64,000 nucleotides of DNA, from assembly GCA_965205865.1 (NCBI GenBank), contig CBDBHR010000028.1, positions 480,001 through 544,000 on the forward strand. The letters run 5' to 3'. This DNA comes from a bacterium. GTDB taxonomy: Bacteria; SAR324; NAC60-12. Of this stretch, positions 30,035-39,727 are shown piece after piece. Positions within the stretch are counted from its first letter, which is position 1; each line of letters begins with the position of its first letter. Both the position numbers and the translations under genes were made by a program. The notes beneath the pieces are model-generated. The model was not told where the DNA came from, ran no database searches, and was given only the letters and a program-made list of their open reading frames with translations.

Positions 30035-30378
30035 TATCTTTCTTGAAACGGGTTAATTTCAGACATGTCATCCTGACGGTACTTGATCCGCATACGGGAA
30101 GCGGCAAAGCGAAGGATCGCATTATTGCCCTTCTATGCCTAGAATAATATTGTATAATCGCTCTGCAAATGTTTCTCAAGCTTTTTTTTAAATAGGGCGA
30201 CTCATTAATTCTTGAGTGTATTCTGATGATCAACGAAAATACTTTTTTATATTCAGATAAAGAAGTCAACATTTTTGGCACTTTTCCATTCTCAGTTGAC
30301 CGTTTCTAAAAATCCTCTGGTGAGGATATGAGGTTTTACCTGACTTTCGGCTAAATAAATAGGAGCGAAATGGAAATT

Positions 30379-30515
30379 AAACCTTCAGCCAAAGGCGATT
30401 TCTTGAAAACAATCACAAATGAAAAAGAAAGACCAGCAGAAATTCATAAAAACCTTCAGCCAAAGGCGATTTCGTTGAAAATTATCACAATAGAAAACGA
30501 AAGACCAGCAGAAAT
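30379..30515. repeat. Imperfect ~71-bp tandem repeat (x2)
   Basis: AAACCTTCAGCCAAAGGCGATTTC...AAAGACCAGCAGAAAT twice. Confidence 0.85.
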
Positions 30516-30933
30516 GCTTTAACCCTCTTTGATGCCTCAGAAGGGGTGAAGGCCTATTTTGAATGTCCAATCGCTTTGCTCATGGAGGCTTGTTCGTTGC
30601 ACGCCGCCTCATCTTCGCTTCCGAGTACGGCCCGATAAATCAGGAGATCTTTCCCGCAAGCTCTCGGAAATTGGGGTCAATATTCGCAGGCTCGAGAGAC
30701 CTGACGTAATTGCATTTTTCTTTTAATTCTTTTTTCCATTGGGTCCTCTTACCTTTGAGGTGCCATAAAAAGATTCGCTACACCATGGGGCGAATCGGAG
30801 TTTCGTAGCAGACCAGGAGCCTGCTGAAATCAGCCTCACAAAAAGGCTGCAAAGCTTATTAAAAGACATAACCTACTCCTTACTCTTAGAGAAAAAAATT
30901 CCCCACCCACTGCCTGGAGAGGGGATGCCATGA

Positions 30934-31031
30934 AAAAAGATTCACGGGGAACAGGAATTCTTTTCATTTCAACTCACTTCCGCTTCCCCAAACAACCTTA
31001 AGGCATACAGTATGCAGAGAGAGTCAAATTT
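30934..31031. repeat. 98-bp direct repeat, copy 1
   Basis: Near-identical to 33160-33257; contains the palindrome GCATAC-A-GTATGC. Confidence 0.9.
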
Positions 31032-31427
31032 ATTTTTTTTGATTATATTTTTTGGATTGCATTCAAGATACGGATATTATAGAGTATATTTTGAATTCTC
31101 GGCAGCAGTCCGCCGACGATGAATGTTTCCGTCTGCTCATTATTCTTTCTGAAAAAGAAACGATCATGGTTCACATAGACCATGTGAGTCCTTCTCCCTC
31201 TTCTTAAAGAAGAAGGGAAAATCAAAAAACTAAAGGGGTTTTCTGAAAAAAGCGAATCAGGCACTCCACTTGATTGCTTCCCTGCTGTCAGAAAACAAGT
31301 TAGTGTATCGTTCGATTCACAACATCATCTTTATAAGAATAGCCCAAATTATTAAATTCAACATTCATTGCATTTCTTGTATGATGAAAAAGGATTGATT
31401 TAAAACAAAAACTAGAAATTTGAGGAA

Positions 31428-31652
31428 ATGAAAATGATTACTAAAGCAATAATCAAAGATGGTGGTTTATTTATTCCTAATGTAGAGTTAGAGTCTTTGC
31501 CTTCAAATCAAAGAGAAGTGAGAATTGAAATTGAGATACTTGAAAAACAAAGTAATGAGGCTGCATTCAAGAAAGCAGCAGGAATATTGAAGCATAAGAA
31601 AATAGATCCTCTCAAATTTCAATCTGATCAAAGAAGTGAATGGGATGGGTAA
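31428..31652 (+). CDS. Putative antitoxin upstream of a PIN toxin
   Basis: 74 aa, KAIIKDGGLFIP N-terminus, DQRSEWD end; overlaps the vapC start. Confidence 0.7.
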   Translation: MKMITKAIIKDGGLFIPNVELESLPSNQREVRIEIEILEKQSNEAAFKKAAGILKHKKIDPLKFQSDQRSEWDG

Positions 31653-32030
31653 ATATTTAGTGGACACCAACATCATTATTTATTACCTAAATGGGGAGGC
31701 AACAGCAATTGATTGGTTACAATCTCATCAGAAAAACTGTCCATTTCGGTCATTACGAAAATCGAAGTGCTTTCCTATCCATTTCAAAAAGAAGAAGAAA
31801 TTCTCATTCAACAGTTCTTGAATCAATTTGAACTGATCCATCTCTCTGACGAAATTATAGACTCGACAATAAAGTTGAGGCGACAACGAAAAATCAAAAC
31901 GCCAGATGCTATTATTGCTGCTACTGCCCTGTTAAGCAAACTGTCTGTTTGTACAAGAATTATTCGTGACTTCAAAAACATTGAAGTGGATTATTTAAAT
32001 CCTTTTGAGGGTATGGATAGTTCTCAATAA
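31645..32030 (+). pseudogene. vapC: VapC/PIN toxin, frameshifted near 31730
   Basis: YLVDTNIIIY in one frame; SISVITKIEVL...KTPDAIIAATA in another. Confidence 0.85.
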
Positions 32031-32134
32031 ATACTCCCATCTCATAAAAAATCGAACAAGCGGACCGAGTTGACCAGAGAGGGCGAGTTTTAGCCCTGTT
32101 TTTATCGGCATTAATCGTTTTAATCGAGCCTGGA

Positions 32135-32286
32135 AATCCCCGTCCTCTGGACGGGGTAAAAAACTAAGGCTTTGCCGTTTTTTTTCACACGCAAACCCTG
32201 CGTTCTGCCTTGTGCGCTTGCGCAGTCAAAAACTTATCCCCTTTTAGGGGTTTTCAATGTCTCCCTTTTTAGGGGAGGTTGTTTAC
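32135..32286. mobile_element. IS200/IS605-like end remnant (non-autonomous)
   Basis: Hairpins CCCCGTCC-TCT-GGACGGGG, CCCCT-TTT-AGGGG and CTCCCT-TTTT-AGGGGAG followed by GTTGTTTAC. Confidence 0.45.
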
Positions 32287-32329
32287 AAATTCTGTAACTA
32301 TTCAGGTCTCTGAAAAACTCGCTTAGTTA

Positions 32330-32545
32330 ACCTGAGTTCGACATATATCTTCAATAATATGAGTATCCTAGTGTATATGTCATCCTCGCGAAACTTGTCC
32401 CCGCGAAAGCGGGGAGCGGGGATCCAGATTTTAGTCTGGCTGCATACCTCTGGATTCGTGCTTTCGCAGGAATGACAAGGTTTCTCTAAGATATGAAGAT
32501 TCCATAACATATTGAATTTATTAAATTCTTATCTCGAACTCAGGT
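32330..32545. mobile_element. MITE A (216 bp) with an internal REP-like palindrome
   Basis: TIR ACCTGAGTTCGA/TCGAACTCAGGT; flanking TAGTTA duplication; internal GTCATCCTCGCGAAA...TTTCGCAGGAATGAC. Confidence 0.8.
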
Positions 32546-32551
32546 TAGTTA

Positions 32552-32755
32552 GTGCCTGACAGAAAATTACTCAAATTGCTGATATTAAATGACAATTCTT
32601 CAATTTCACAGGATGAAGATTGGTTTGATGCAGTGTTCAGATGGCCAAAATCAGCAAAAAATGGGATTTTTATGAGTTTCTCCAAAATCTTCGTTTCTTA
32701 AAAATAGGTGAATACCATTAAATATCATGTAGTTATCTAATTTTAGGCCAAGCAC
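32552..32755. mobile_element. MITE B (~204 bp)
   Basis: Imperfect TIR GTGCCTGACAGAAAATTA / TAATTTTAGGCCAAGCAC; TAGTTA on both sides. Confidence 0.65.
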
Positions 32756-32810
32756 TAGTTAAATATCGTTTAAAAAAGATTCCCGGGGAGGATCCATCGT
32801 TTTCAAGTCC

Positions 32811-32881
32811 TCCCACGATATTGTTCAATCGAGCGAGCGGGAAGCTTCCCACGATATTGTTCAATCGATCGAGCGGGAAGC
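32811..32881. repeat. 36-bp tandem repeat (x2)
   Basis: TCCCACGATATTGTTCAATCGA(G/T)CGAGCGGGAAGC twice, no spacer. Confidence 0.9.
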
Positions 32882-33159
32882 CTCTCCTTCCTTGAACCAA
32901 CAAGGCACAATATTAGCACTACTACTACTACGCAATGTCAACCCCCTGCTGTAAAATAAATGCAGAATTCGCAAAAAAAATTAAAAAATCAGCAAATCAG
33001 AGAGACCCGCTCCTGTATGATAGGGATAAAGCAAAAGGAGTTATTGGGGAACAAATACGGAAGATTAAAAAATCCTTTAGCAAGTCAGGATTGGGAGAAT
33101 TGCGCAACAATGGAGGTCAGCTATAAAAAATCTTTAGCGGTTCATTTTCTGCATAAGTT

Positions 33160-33257
33160 AAAAAGATTCCCGGGGAACAGGTATTCTTTTCACTTCAACT
33201 CACTTCAGCTTCCCCAAACAAACTTAAGGCATACAGTATGCAGAGAGAGTCAAATTT
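33160..33257. repeat. 98-bp direct repeat, copy 2
   Basis: Near-identical to 30934-31031. Confidence 0.9.
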
Positions 33258-33444
33258 CATTTTCATTTTGGCTCATTTTTTTGATTTTGGGTAAAAATAG
33301 ATTGAATGGCACTTCGATGCTCTCTGGCTTTGGGCAGGATTTCCGGGGTTTGGAGGGGACCTCAGGGGGCTGAGGAGGGAGGGCAAGCAGAAGGAAAAAA
33401 GATCAAAGATCGATATCATTTCTCAGGACTATCGAAAAAGTCCC

Positions 33445-36400
33445 ATGGCTGTATTGGAAAAACTTTGGGAAATGCTTCCTACGGTGATGCTGAAAGATCG
33501 TTGGCGTTTCCGCATTCGCTTGCAAGGTCTTGATTCCGGTAAAGGCTGGCAACAGGAATACGAACGGTTGCTGAAAAACATGGATGCTTCAGCAAAACTC
33601 CGGCAAGAGCGTTTCCAGCGGATTCCGCAGATCAGCTATCCTGAGGAACTCCCCATCACTTCGTACCGAGACGCTATCGTCTCCGCCATTCAGTCCCACC
33701 AGGTTCTGATTATTGCAGGAGAAACGGGCTCCGGGAAAACGACTCAACTTCCCAAAATGTGTTTGCAAGCCGGACGAGGTGTTGCCGCTAAAATCGGCTG
33801 CACCCAACCCCGGCGAATCGCAGCCACTTCCATGACCCATCGTATCAGCAATGAACTGAATTCAGAGATCGGTAAAGCGGTGGGTTATAAAATCCGCTTT
33901 TCCGATAATACTTCTCCTCACACCTTCATCCAGATGATGACCGATGGGATTCTTCTCAACGAAATTCAACAGGACCGTTACCTCAGCGCCTATGACACCC
34001 TCATCGTGGATGAAGCTCACGAACGCTCCCTCAACATTGACTTTCTATTGGGATACTTGAAACGCTTGTTACTGAAACGACCTGATTTAAAATTGCTCAT
34101 CTCTTCGGCCAACTTGGACATTCCTCGATTTTCAAAAGCCTTCTTCCGCGTCTGGGAACCCCTGGCCCCTGTTATTGAGGTTTCAGGCCGGCTTTATCCG
34201 GTGGAAGTCCAATATCAGCCCATTGATGAAGAACTCGAAGAGCAGGGAGAGCAGACCATATGCGATGCTGTTGTGGTTAGTATCCGGGAAATCCTCGACT
34301 CCAGCTGGCAGGGCAACGTCCTCGCATTCATGCCTGGTGAGCAAGAAATACGCGAAGTATTGGGCCGTCTCGAATCATGCAAGCAACCCGTGGAATTTTT
34401 ACCACTTTACGGACGACTGAGCAATCGGGAACAAAACCGTATTTTTCAGAATACGACTCGCAGGAAAGTCATCATTGCCACCAACATTGCGGAAACTTCG
34501 CTGACAATCCCTGGTATCCGCTACGTCATCGATTCCGGGCTTGCTCGAATCAGCCGTTATAGCAACCGCTCCCACACTCAGCGTCTCTCTGTGGAAGCCA
34601 TCTCCAAAAGCAGCGCAAATCAACGCAAAGGGAGAGCGGGACGGGTGCAGTCCGGGGTATGCATCCGGCTTTATTCCCAAGAAACTTTTTATAAGCTGAG
34701 AGAGTTCACCGATCCGGAAATTCTTCGTGCATCCCTGGCAGAAGTGATATTGCGCATGAAGTCTCTGGGTCTGGGAAACATCAGAGAATTTCCTTTCATC
34801 GATCCTCCATCGGCTGTTGCCGTGCGGGAAGGAATCACTCTTTTGAAAGAATTGGGCGCCCTCGATGATTCCGGAAAATTGACGGTACTTGGAAAAGAAA
34901 TGGCACGTCTGCCCATCGAACCAAGAATTGCTCGAATGCTATTGGCAGCCCGCCAGGAACATGCGCTTTGGGAAGTGCTGGTGATTGCCGCTGCAATCTC
35001 CATTCAGGACCCCAGGGAATTTCCCCTGGACAAAATCGAGCATGCCCGGCAAATGCATAGTCTTTTTGTTGACAAAACCTCGGATTTTTTGACGCTGCTC
35101 AATATCTGGAAAAAATATCACGAAGAATGGGAAATGATCAAAAGCGAAAACAAGATGCGCAAATTCTGCAAACAGCATTTCCTTTCTTTTTCTCGCCTGC
35201 GTGAATGGCGCGACATTTACCGTCAGTTGAGTATCATCCTCAGTGAATTGCCTGACTTCCAGCTGGAAAAAGAACCCGCCAATTACCGCTCAATCCATGT
35301 TGCCATCCTTTCAGGTTATCTTCATCGAATCGCACTAAAAAAAGAGAAAAACCTTTACCAGACAACTGGTGACAAGGAAGTCATGATTTTTCCAGGATCC
35401 GGAATATTCCACAAAGGACGAACTTGGATTGTGGCGGCAGAATTCGTGGAAACTTCCCGCTTGTTTGCCCGCATGGTGGCAAACATCGAAGTCGATTGGC
35501 TGGAATCCATTGGAAAAAATCTATGCCATCATACCTATTCGGAACCTCATTTCGACAGCGATTCCGGCAGCGTGAAGGCGTATGAGAAAGTCACCCTCTA
35601 TGGCTTAGTGATTGTTCCCCGACGACACGTGGTTTTTGCAAAAATCAATCCTGCTGAAGCAACTTCCGTTTTCATTCGAGAAGGATTGGTTGAAGGAAAA
35701 CTCCACACGCATCATTCCTTTTTTAAACACAACCTGGCCTTGAAGCGAAAAATGATCCGGACTGGCGCCAAGATGAGGCGTGACTATGAGTTTGAAGTGG
35801 AAGCTGCTATGGAAGATTTTTATAGCAAGCGGCTTTTTAATATCGCCTCGCTCCACGATTTGAACGGGTTGCTCAAACAAAAACGTAAGGAACGGCACCC
35901 TAATTTTCTCTTCATGACAGAGGAAGATTTTGCCCCCAATTCCTGTGTCATTCCTCCAGCGGATAGATTCCCCGATCATTGGACCATCGGCGAACATCAA
36001 CTGAGATTGGAGTATCAGTTTGCCCCGGAAAAAGACAACGATGGAGTGACCCTCCACATCCCGGAAAATCTTTTACCGTATCTTGACCCTGATGCTCTGG
36101 ATTGGCTTGTTCCCGGGCACTGGGAAGAAAAAATCCTGTATTTGCTGAAGGGATTGCCCAAGAGGTTACGAAAAGAACTGGTTCCTTTGCCACAGACCGT
36201 ACAAATGATCGTGCGGGAACTGAAGTTCACTCATTCCAATTTTTTATCGGCATTGGCATCTCATGTATACAATAGGTATGGCTTGGCCATTACCCCTGCC
36301 GATTGGGATGAACGGCGATTGCCGGAGTATTTGAAAATTCGCGTAGAAATCCGAGACCACCACAACAAGTTGGTGTCGGAAGGACGGGATGTTGTGGCGC

Positions 36401-37374
36401 TCCTCAAAAAAGGACAGAAACGCTTTCAAGATAAAAATAAGACCGGAGAATATACGGTTGAAATTCCACAATGGAAGGAAGCTTCCCTGCAGTGGGAACG
36501 GAAAAACATCACCAATTGGTCCTTTAAGACCCTACCCTCGCGTATCACGTTCCCCACCATCAATGGCATCCCTTTGTATGCATATCCAGGATTGAAAACC
36601 GATGAAGAAGGAATCCATTGTTGTTTGTTTCATCATCAAACAGACGCCCTACGATTCACAAAAACGAGTATGATGAAATTGTTAGCCCTCAATGCGGGTA
36701 AAGATATCGCCTGGTTGGACCAGGATCTGCAGGAATTGCGAGCATTCAAGGAACTCTACCATCCTTTTGGAAATGTTGAACAATTGAAACTACAGGCCAG
36801 GATCAATTTGCATGAATATCTTTTCAAAGTCCCTTGGATTGAAAGCAAAGCAGAATTCAGCAAAGCCCTCAGTCAAGCCCAATATAAAACCAAAGGGTTA
36901 TGGCCGCGTTTCAAAAAACAACTGGGAGGGATTTTGCAACAATATGCCGAGACCCGCCATGCTTTGAACAAATACCTGGCCACCCCTGCTTTTGAAGAGT
37001 ATTATCAAGACCTTGATCTTCACCTTGATGAGTTGATGCCTGCGGATTTTGTACAAGTCATTTCCTTTTTCCAATGGCGGCATATTCCACGCTATCTGAA
37101 AGGGATCAGCATTCGTGCCGAACGGCTGGCGCGCAATCCTTGTAAAGATGATGAAAAATCAGAAAACCTGGCTTCTTATCAAGAACCTTACCTGCGACTG
37201 CAACGGCGGGACAGCCTGTCAGAGTCTCAAAAAATCGTTTTGGAAGAATTTCGTTGGATGCTTGAAGAATTCAAAGTTTCTTTGTTTGCTCCCGAACTCA
37301 AAACCGCGTTTCCCGTCTCTAACAAACGATTGGATAAAATTATAGAAAAGCTCCATTCCCCACCAAAACAATAA
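33445..37374 (+). CDS. hrpA: ATP-dependent RNA helicase HrpA
   Basis: GETGSGKTTQLPK, TQPRRIAA, DEAHERSLNIDFLLG, QRKGRAGR; C-terminal RWMLEEFKVSLFA. Confidence 0.96.
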   Translation: MAVLEKLWEMLPTVMLKDRWRFRIRLQGLDSGKGWQQEYERLLKNMDASAKLRQERFQRIPQISYPEELPITSYRDAIVSAIQSHQVLIIAGETGSGKTTQLPKMCLQAGRGVAAKIGCTQPRRIAATSMTHRISNELNSEIGKAVGYKIRFSDNTSPHTFIQMMTDGILLNEIQQDRYLSAYDTLIVDEAHERSLNIDFLLGYLKRLLLKRPDLKLLISSANLDIPRFSKAFFRVWEPLAPVIEVSGRLYPVEVQYQPIDEELEEQGEQTICDAVVVSIREILDSSWQGNVLAFMPGEQEIREVLGRLESCKQPVEFLPLYGRLSNREQNRIFQNTTRRKVIIATNIAETSLTIPGIRYVIDSGLARISRYSNRSHTQRLSVEAISKSSANQRKGRAGRVQSGVCIRLYSQETFYKLREFTDPEILRASLAEVILRMKSLGLGNIREFPFIDPPSAVAVREGITLLKELGALDDSGKLTVLGKEMARLPIEPRIARMLLAARQEHALWEVLVIAAAISIQDPREFPLDKIEHARQMHSLFVDKTSDFLTLLNIWKKYHEEWEMIKSENKMRKFCKQHFLSFSRLREWRDIYRQLSIILSELPDFQLEKEPANYRSIHVAILSGYLHRIALKKEKNLYQTTGDKEVMIFPGSGIFHKGRTWIVAAEFVETSRLFARMVANIEVDWLESIGKNLCHHTYSEPHFDSDSGSVKAYEKVTLYGLVIVPRRHVVFAKINPAEATSVFIREGLVEGKLHTHHSFFKHNLALKRKMIRTGAKMRRDYEFEVEAAMEDFYSKRLFNIASLHDLNGLLKQKRKERHPNFLFMTEEDFAPNSCVIPPADRFPDHWTIGEHQLRLEYQFAPEKDNDGVTLHIPENLLPYLDPDALDWLVPGHWEEKILYLLKGLPKRLRKELVPLPQTVQMIVRELKFTHSNFLSALASHVYNRYGLAITPADWDERRLPEYLKIRVEIRDHHNKLVSEGRDVVALLKKGQKRFQDKNKTGEYTVEIPQWKEASLQWERKNITNWSFKTLPSRITFPTINGIPLYAYPGLKTDEEGIHCCLFHHQTDALRFTKTSMMKLLALNAGKDIAWLDQDLQELRAFKELYHPFGNVEQLKLQARINLHEYLFKVPWIESKAEFSKALSQAQYKTKGLWPRFKKQLGGILQQYAETRHALNKYLATPAFEEYYQDLDLHLDELMPADFVQVISFFQWRHIPRYLKGISIRAERLARNPCKDDEKSENLASYQEPYLRLQRRDSLSESQKIVLEEFRWMLEEFKVSLFAPELKTAFPVSNKRLDKIIEKLHSPPKQ

Positions 37375-37398
37375 ATTGCCCGAAATTATTCTGAAGCA

Positions 37399-37584
37399 TT
37401 GATTGTCAAGCAAATTAATTTTGAAGTACGATTTATCAGGCAACGAGGTAAAGGAAGTCATGGCACACTCTTTAATGGAGATTGTTTTACCATTGTAAGA
37501 AATCCAAAAGATGAACTTAAAAAAGGAACCCTACATACCATGCTCGATCAACTTGATCTTAGCTTAGGAATGAAATTTAAATAA
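37399..37584 (+). pseudogene. hicA: HicA-like toxin remnant, 3' end supplied by a MITE
   Basis: RQRGKGSH...ELKKGTLHTMLDQL; precedes hicB. Confidence 0.65.
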
Positions 37585-37724
37585 GTTAGAAGTATGGATA
37601 CGCAAAATTAGGGGACACGTAACAGCAGGCATAAAACAGTAAAGTTGGGATGCGCAGCAGTGTACATGTCCCCCAATTTTGCTCACACCATTGGAAGAAT
37701 TACAGGTTATTTAAGGTTTGTTCC
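37567..37724 (+). mobile_element. MITE C copy 1 (158 bp)
   Basis: TTA duplication, imperfect TIR GGAA..AA..TTAAATAA, internal palindrome GCAAAATTAGGGGACA...TGTCCCCCAATTTTGC. Confidence 0.9.
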
Positions 37725-37748
37725 TTAGAAGATTTATAGGAGGACGTT

Positions 37749-37922
37749 ATGCAAAACTTTGTTTATCCAGTGAAACTCACTCCCGATAATGAAGCGGGAG
37801 GATACGTCGCGACATTTCGGGATTTTCCTGAAGCAATTTCCCAAGGGGAAAATATCAAAGATGCATTATCAGATGCAGTGGACTGTCTTGAAGAAGCAAT
37901 TGCCAATCGTAAAGAATTTTGA
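37749..37922 (+). pseudogene. hicB: HicB-like antitoxin, short or truncated (57 aa)
   Basis: YPVKLTPD..GGYVATFRDFPEAISQGE...DCLEEAI; AGGAGG RBS. Confidence 0.75.
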
Positions 37923-37983
37923 CTTGCTCCAAAGCATATGAAATACTTTTCATGTAGGAAACAAATATAAAAAAAGTAATACC

Positions 37984-38274
37984 ATGAATAGAAACGACGT
38001 TTTGAAGATAATGCGAATACACAAAGCAACCCTTGCAGAACGCTTTGGTGTGACAGATCTCGCCCTATTCGGGTCGATGGCTCGTAACGAAGCATCGGAG
38101 GATAGTGATATTGACATCCTTGTGCATTTCAACAAGCCGACAACTTCCAAAAATTTCTTCGGCACACAATTTTATTTGGAGGACTTGCTGGGTCGTCCCA
38201 TAGATTTGGTGACTGACAAAGCGTTGCGCGTGGAATTGCGTCCCTTTGTGGAGGCAGAGGCTGTCCATGTCTAA
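37984..38274 (+). CDS. Minimal nucleotidyltransferase (MNT) antitoxin
   Basis: LFGSMARNEASEDSDIDILV, LEDLLGRPIDLVT. Confidence 0.92.
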   Translation: MNRNDVLKIMRIHKATLAERFGVTDLALFGSMARNEASEDSDIDILVHFNKPTTSKNFFGTQFYLEDLLGRPIDLVTDKALRVELRPFVEAEAVHV

Positions 38275-38632
38275 CGAGAAGCAAAGGGAATGGCATTTCT
38301 ATGTGCAGGATATGATTGAATTCAGTAAGAAGGTATTGGCTTATACCTCCAATATGGATCAAACCTCCTTCCTTTCCAATACAACTGTCTACGATGCTAC
38401 ACTCCGTAATTTGGAATTGATCGGAGAAGCAGCAATTCACATTCCGACCGCAGTACGTGATTTTCATAATGAAATCCCCTGGCGTGAGATCATTGGTGTT
38501 CGAAATCGCTTGGCACACGGTTATCTGAGTATCGATGATGACCTTATTTGGAACATTATACAGGTCGACATTCCGAAATTGCTGCCCGCATTACGAGACC
38601 TGAAAAATGCAACAAGTAAGGGCTCAGCTTAA
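38267..38632 (+). CDS. HEPN/DUF86 (HepT-like) ribonuclease toxin
   Basis: RNLELIGEA, IPWREIIGVRNRLAHGY (RX4H). Confidence 0.92.
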   Translation: MSNEKQREWHFYVQDMIEFSKKVLAYTSNMDQTSFLSNTTVYDATLRNLELIGEAAIHIPTAVRDFHNEIPWREIIGVRNRLAHGYLSIDDDLIWNIIQVDIPKLLPALRDLKNATSKGSA

Positions 38633-38686
38633 GGGTTGTTTCGTGATAGAGTCTTTATTCGTTGTTGACTTCCAGACTTCAGGCAT

Positions 38687-39727
38687 TTGATGATCCGTCC
38701 AGGACCTAAAAATTCAATCAGTGATATCCCGGGAATCCAAGTAGGCAATGTGGATTCTTTGGTGTGGAGAAGTGGCGTGACCAGCATCGTTCCGGAAAAA
38801 CCGGTGGTGGCTGCCGTCGATGTTCGCGGGGGAGGACCCGGAACGAGAGAAACCGATGCCCTCAACGCTGATTGTTTGGTCGACAAAATTCATGCGATCG
38901 TGCTCAGTGGAGGGTCTGCATTCGGACTGGCTGCAGCCGACGGCGTGATGTGCCACCTTGCTCAGAAAAAAATTGGCTTTCAACTGGGAGATGCCATCAT
39001 TCCTGTTGTACCAGCAGCCATTCTCTTTGATCTCCTCAATGGCGGTGACAAAAATTGGAGGCAGCGTCCTCCTTATTTTGACATGGGATATCAATCCGTA
39101 GAGCAATTGCAAGACACATTCAAACAGGGCAATGTGGGAGCAGGGATGGGCGCTATCGCAGGCGCTCTCAAGGGAGGATTGGGCAGCGCTTCTTTTATTT
39201 ACCAACAAGGGACGGAAGAGGTAAGCGTCGGTGCTTTGGCTGCTGTGAATTCGGTAGGGTCCGTTCTCCTGCCTGACAGTCCGGTCATGTGGGCAGCTCC
39301 ATATGAACAGAAAAATGAATTGGGAGGACAGGCAAAACTTGATTTAGATTATAAAATGAAGCTCGATTTCACTTTTCCGGATTTAGAAGGAGCCAATACC
39401 ACTTTAGTCGTAGTTGCCACTAATATTTCCCTGAGCCAGGCACAAGCCAAACGGATCGCCATCATGGCCCAAGACGGTCTTGCAAGAGCCATTCGACCCG
39501 TCCACTCTCCCTTTGACGGAGATACTGTTTTTGTGTTGTCGACGGAGGGAAAAATTCTTTCTAATCCGGCAACCAATCTGGCGAAGTTGGGAATGTTAGC
39601 TGCCGATTGTGTGACACGAGCCGTTGCTCGTGGCGTCTTTGAAGCCGAAACACTGGGTGACTGGGAGAGCTATCAATCTCGCTATGGCCCTTTTCTCAAT
39701 AAATTAAATAGAGGAGAATTCGAATGA
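38687..39727 (+). CDS. P1/S58 family peptidase (DmpA-like)
   Basis: VDVRGGGPGTRET, GGSAFGL, NTT, HSPFDGD. Confidence 0.9.
   Translation: MMIRPGPKNSISDIPGIQVGNVDSLVWRSGVTSIVPEKPVVAAVDVRGGGPGTRETDALNADCLVDKIHAIVLSGGSAFGLAAADGVMCHLAQKKIGFQLGDAIIPVVPAAILFDLLNGGDKNWRQRPPYFDMGYQSVEQLQDTFKQGNVGAGMGAIAGALKGGLGSASFIYQQGTEEVSVGALAAVNSVGSVLLPDSPVMWAAPYEQKNELGGQAKLDLDYKMKLDFTFPDLEGANTTLVVVATNISLSQAQAKRIAIMAQDGLARAIRPVHSPFDGDTVFVLSTEGKILSNPATNLAKLGMLAADCVTRAVARGVFEAETLGDWESYQSRYGPFLNKLNRGEFE

Noticed and set aside
29772-30281. 169-aa ORF with SSQFPVP repeats
   Set aside because: Translation of the heptamer tract; the homologous region at 63.7 kb has no matching ORF in the track.
30555-30870. Small minus-strand ORFs with RBS-like sequences
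   Set aside because: Short, no recognisable family, and the longer one needs a homopolymer frameshift.
32811-32881. 36-bp repeats as a CRISPR array
   Set aside because: Only two abutting units, no spacer, and no cas genes in the window.
32935-33533. Short ORFs upstream of hrpA
   Set aside because: They overlap a non-coding repeat and each other, with no motifs.
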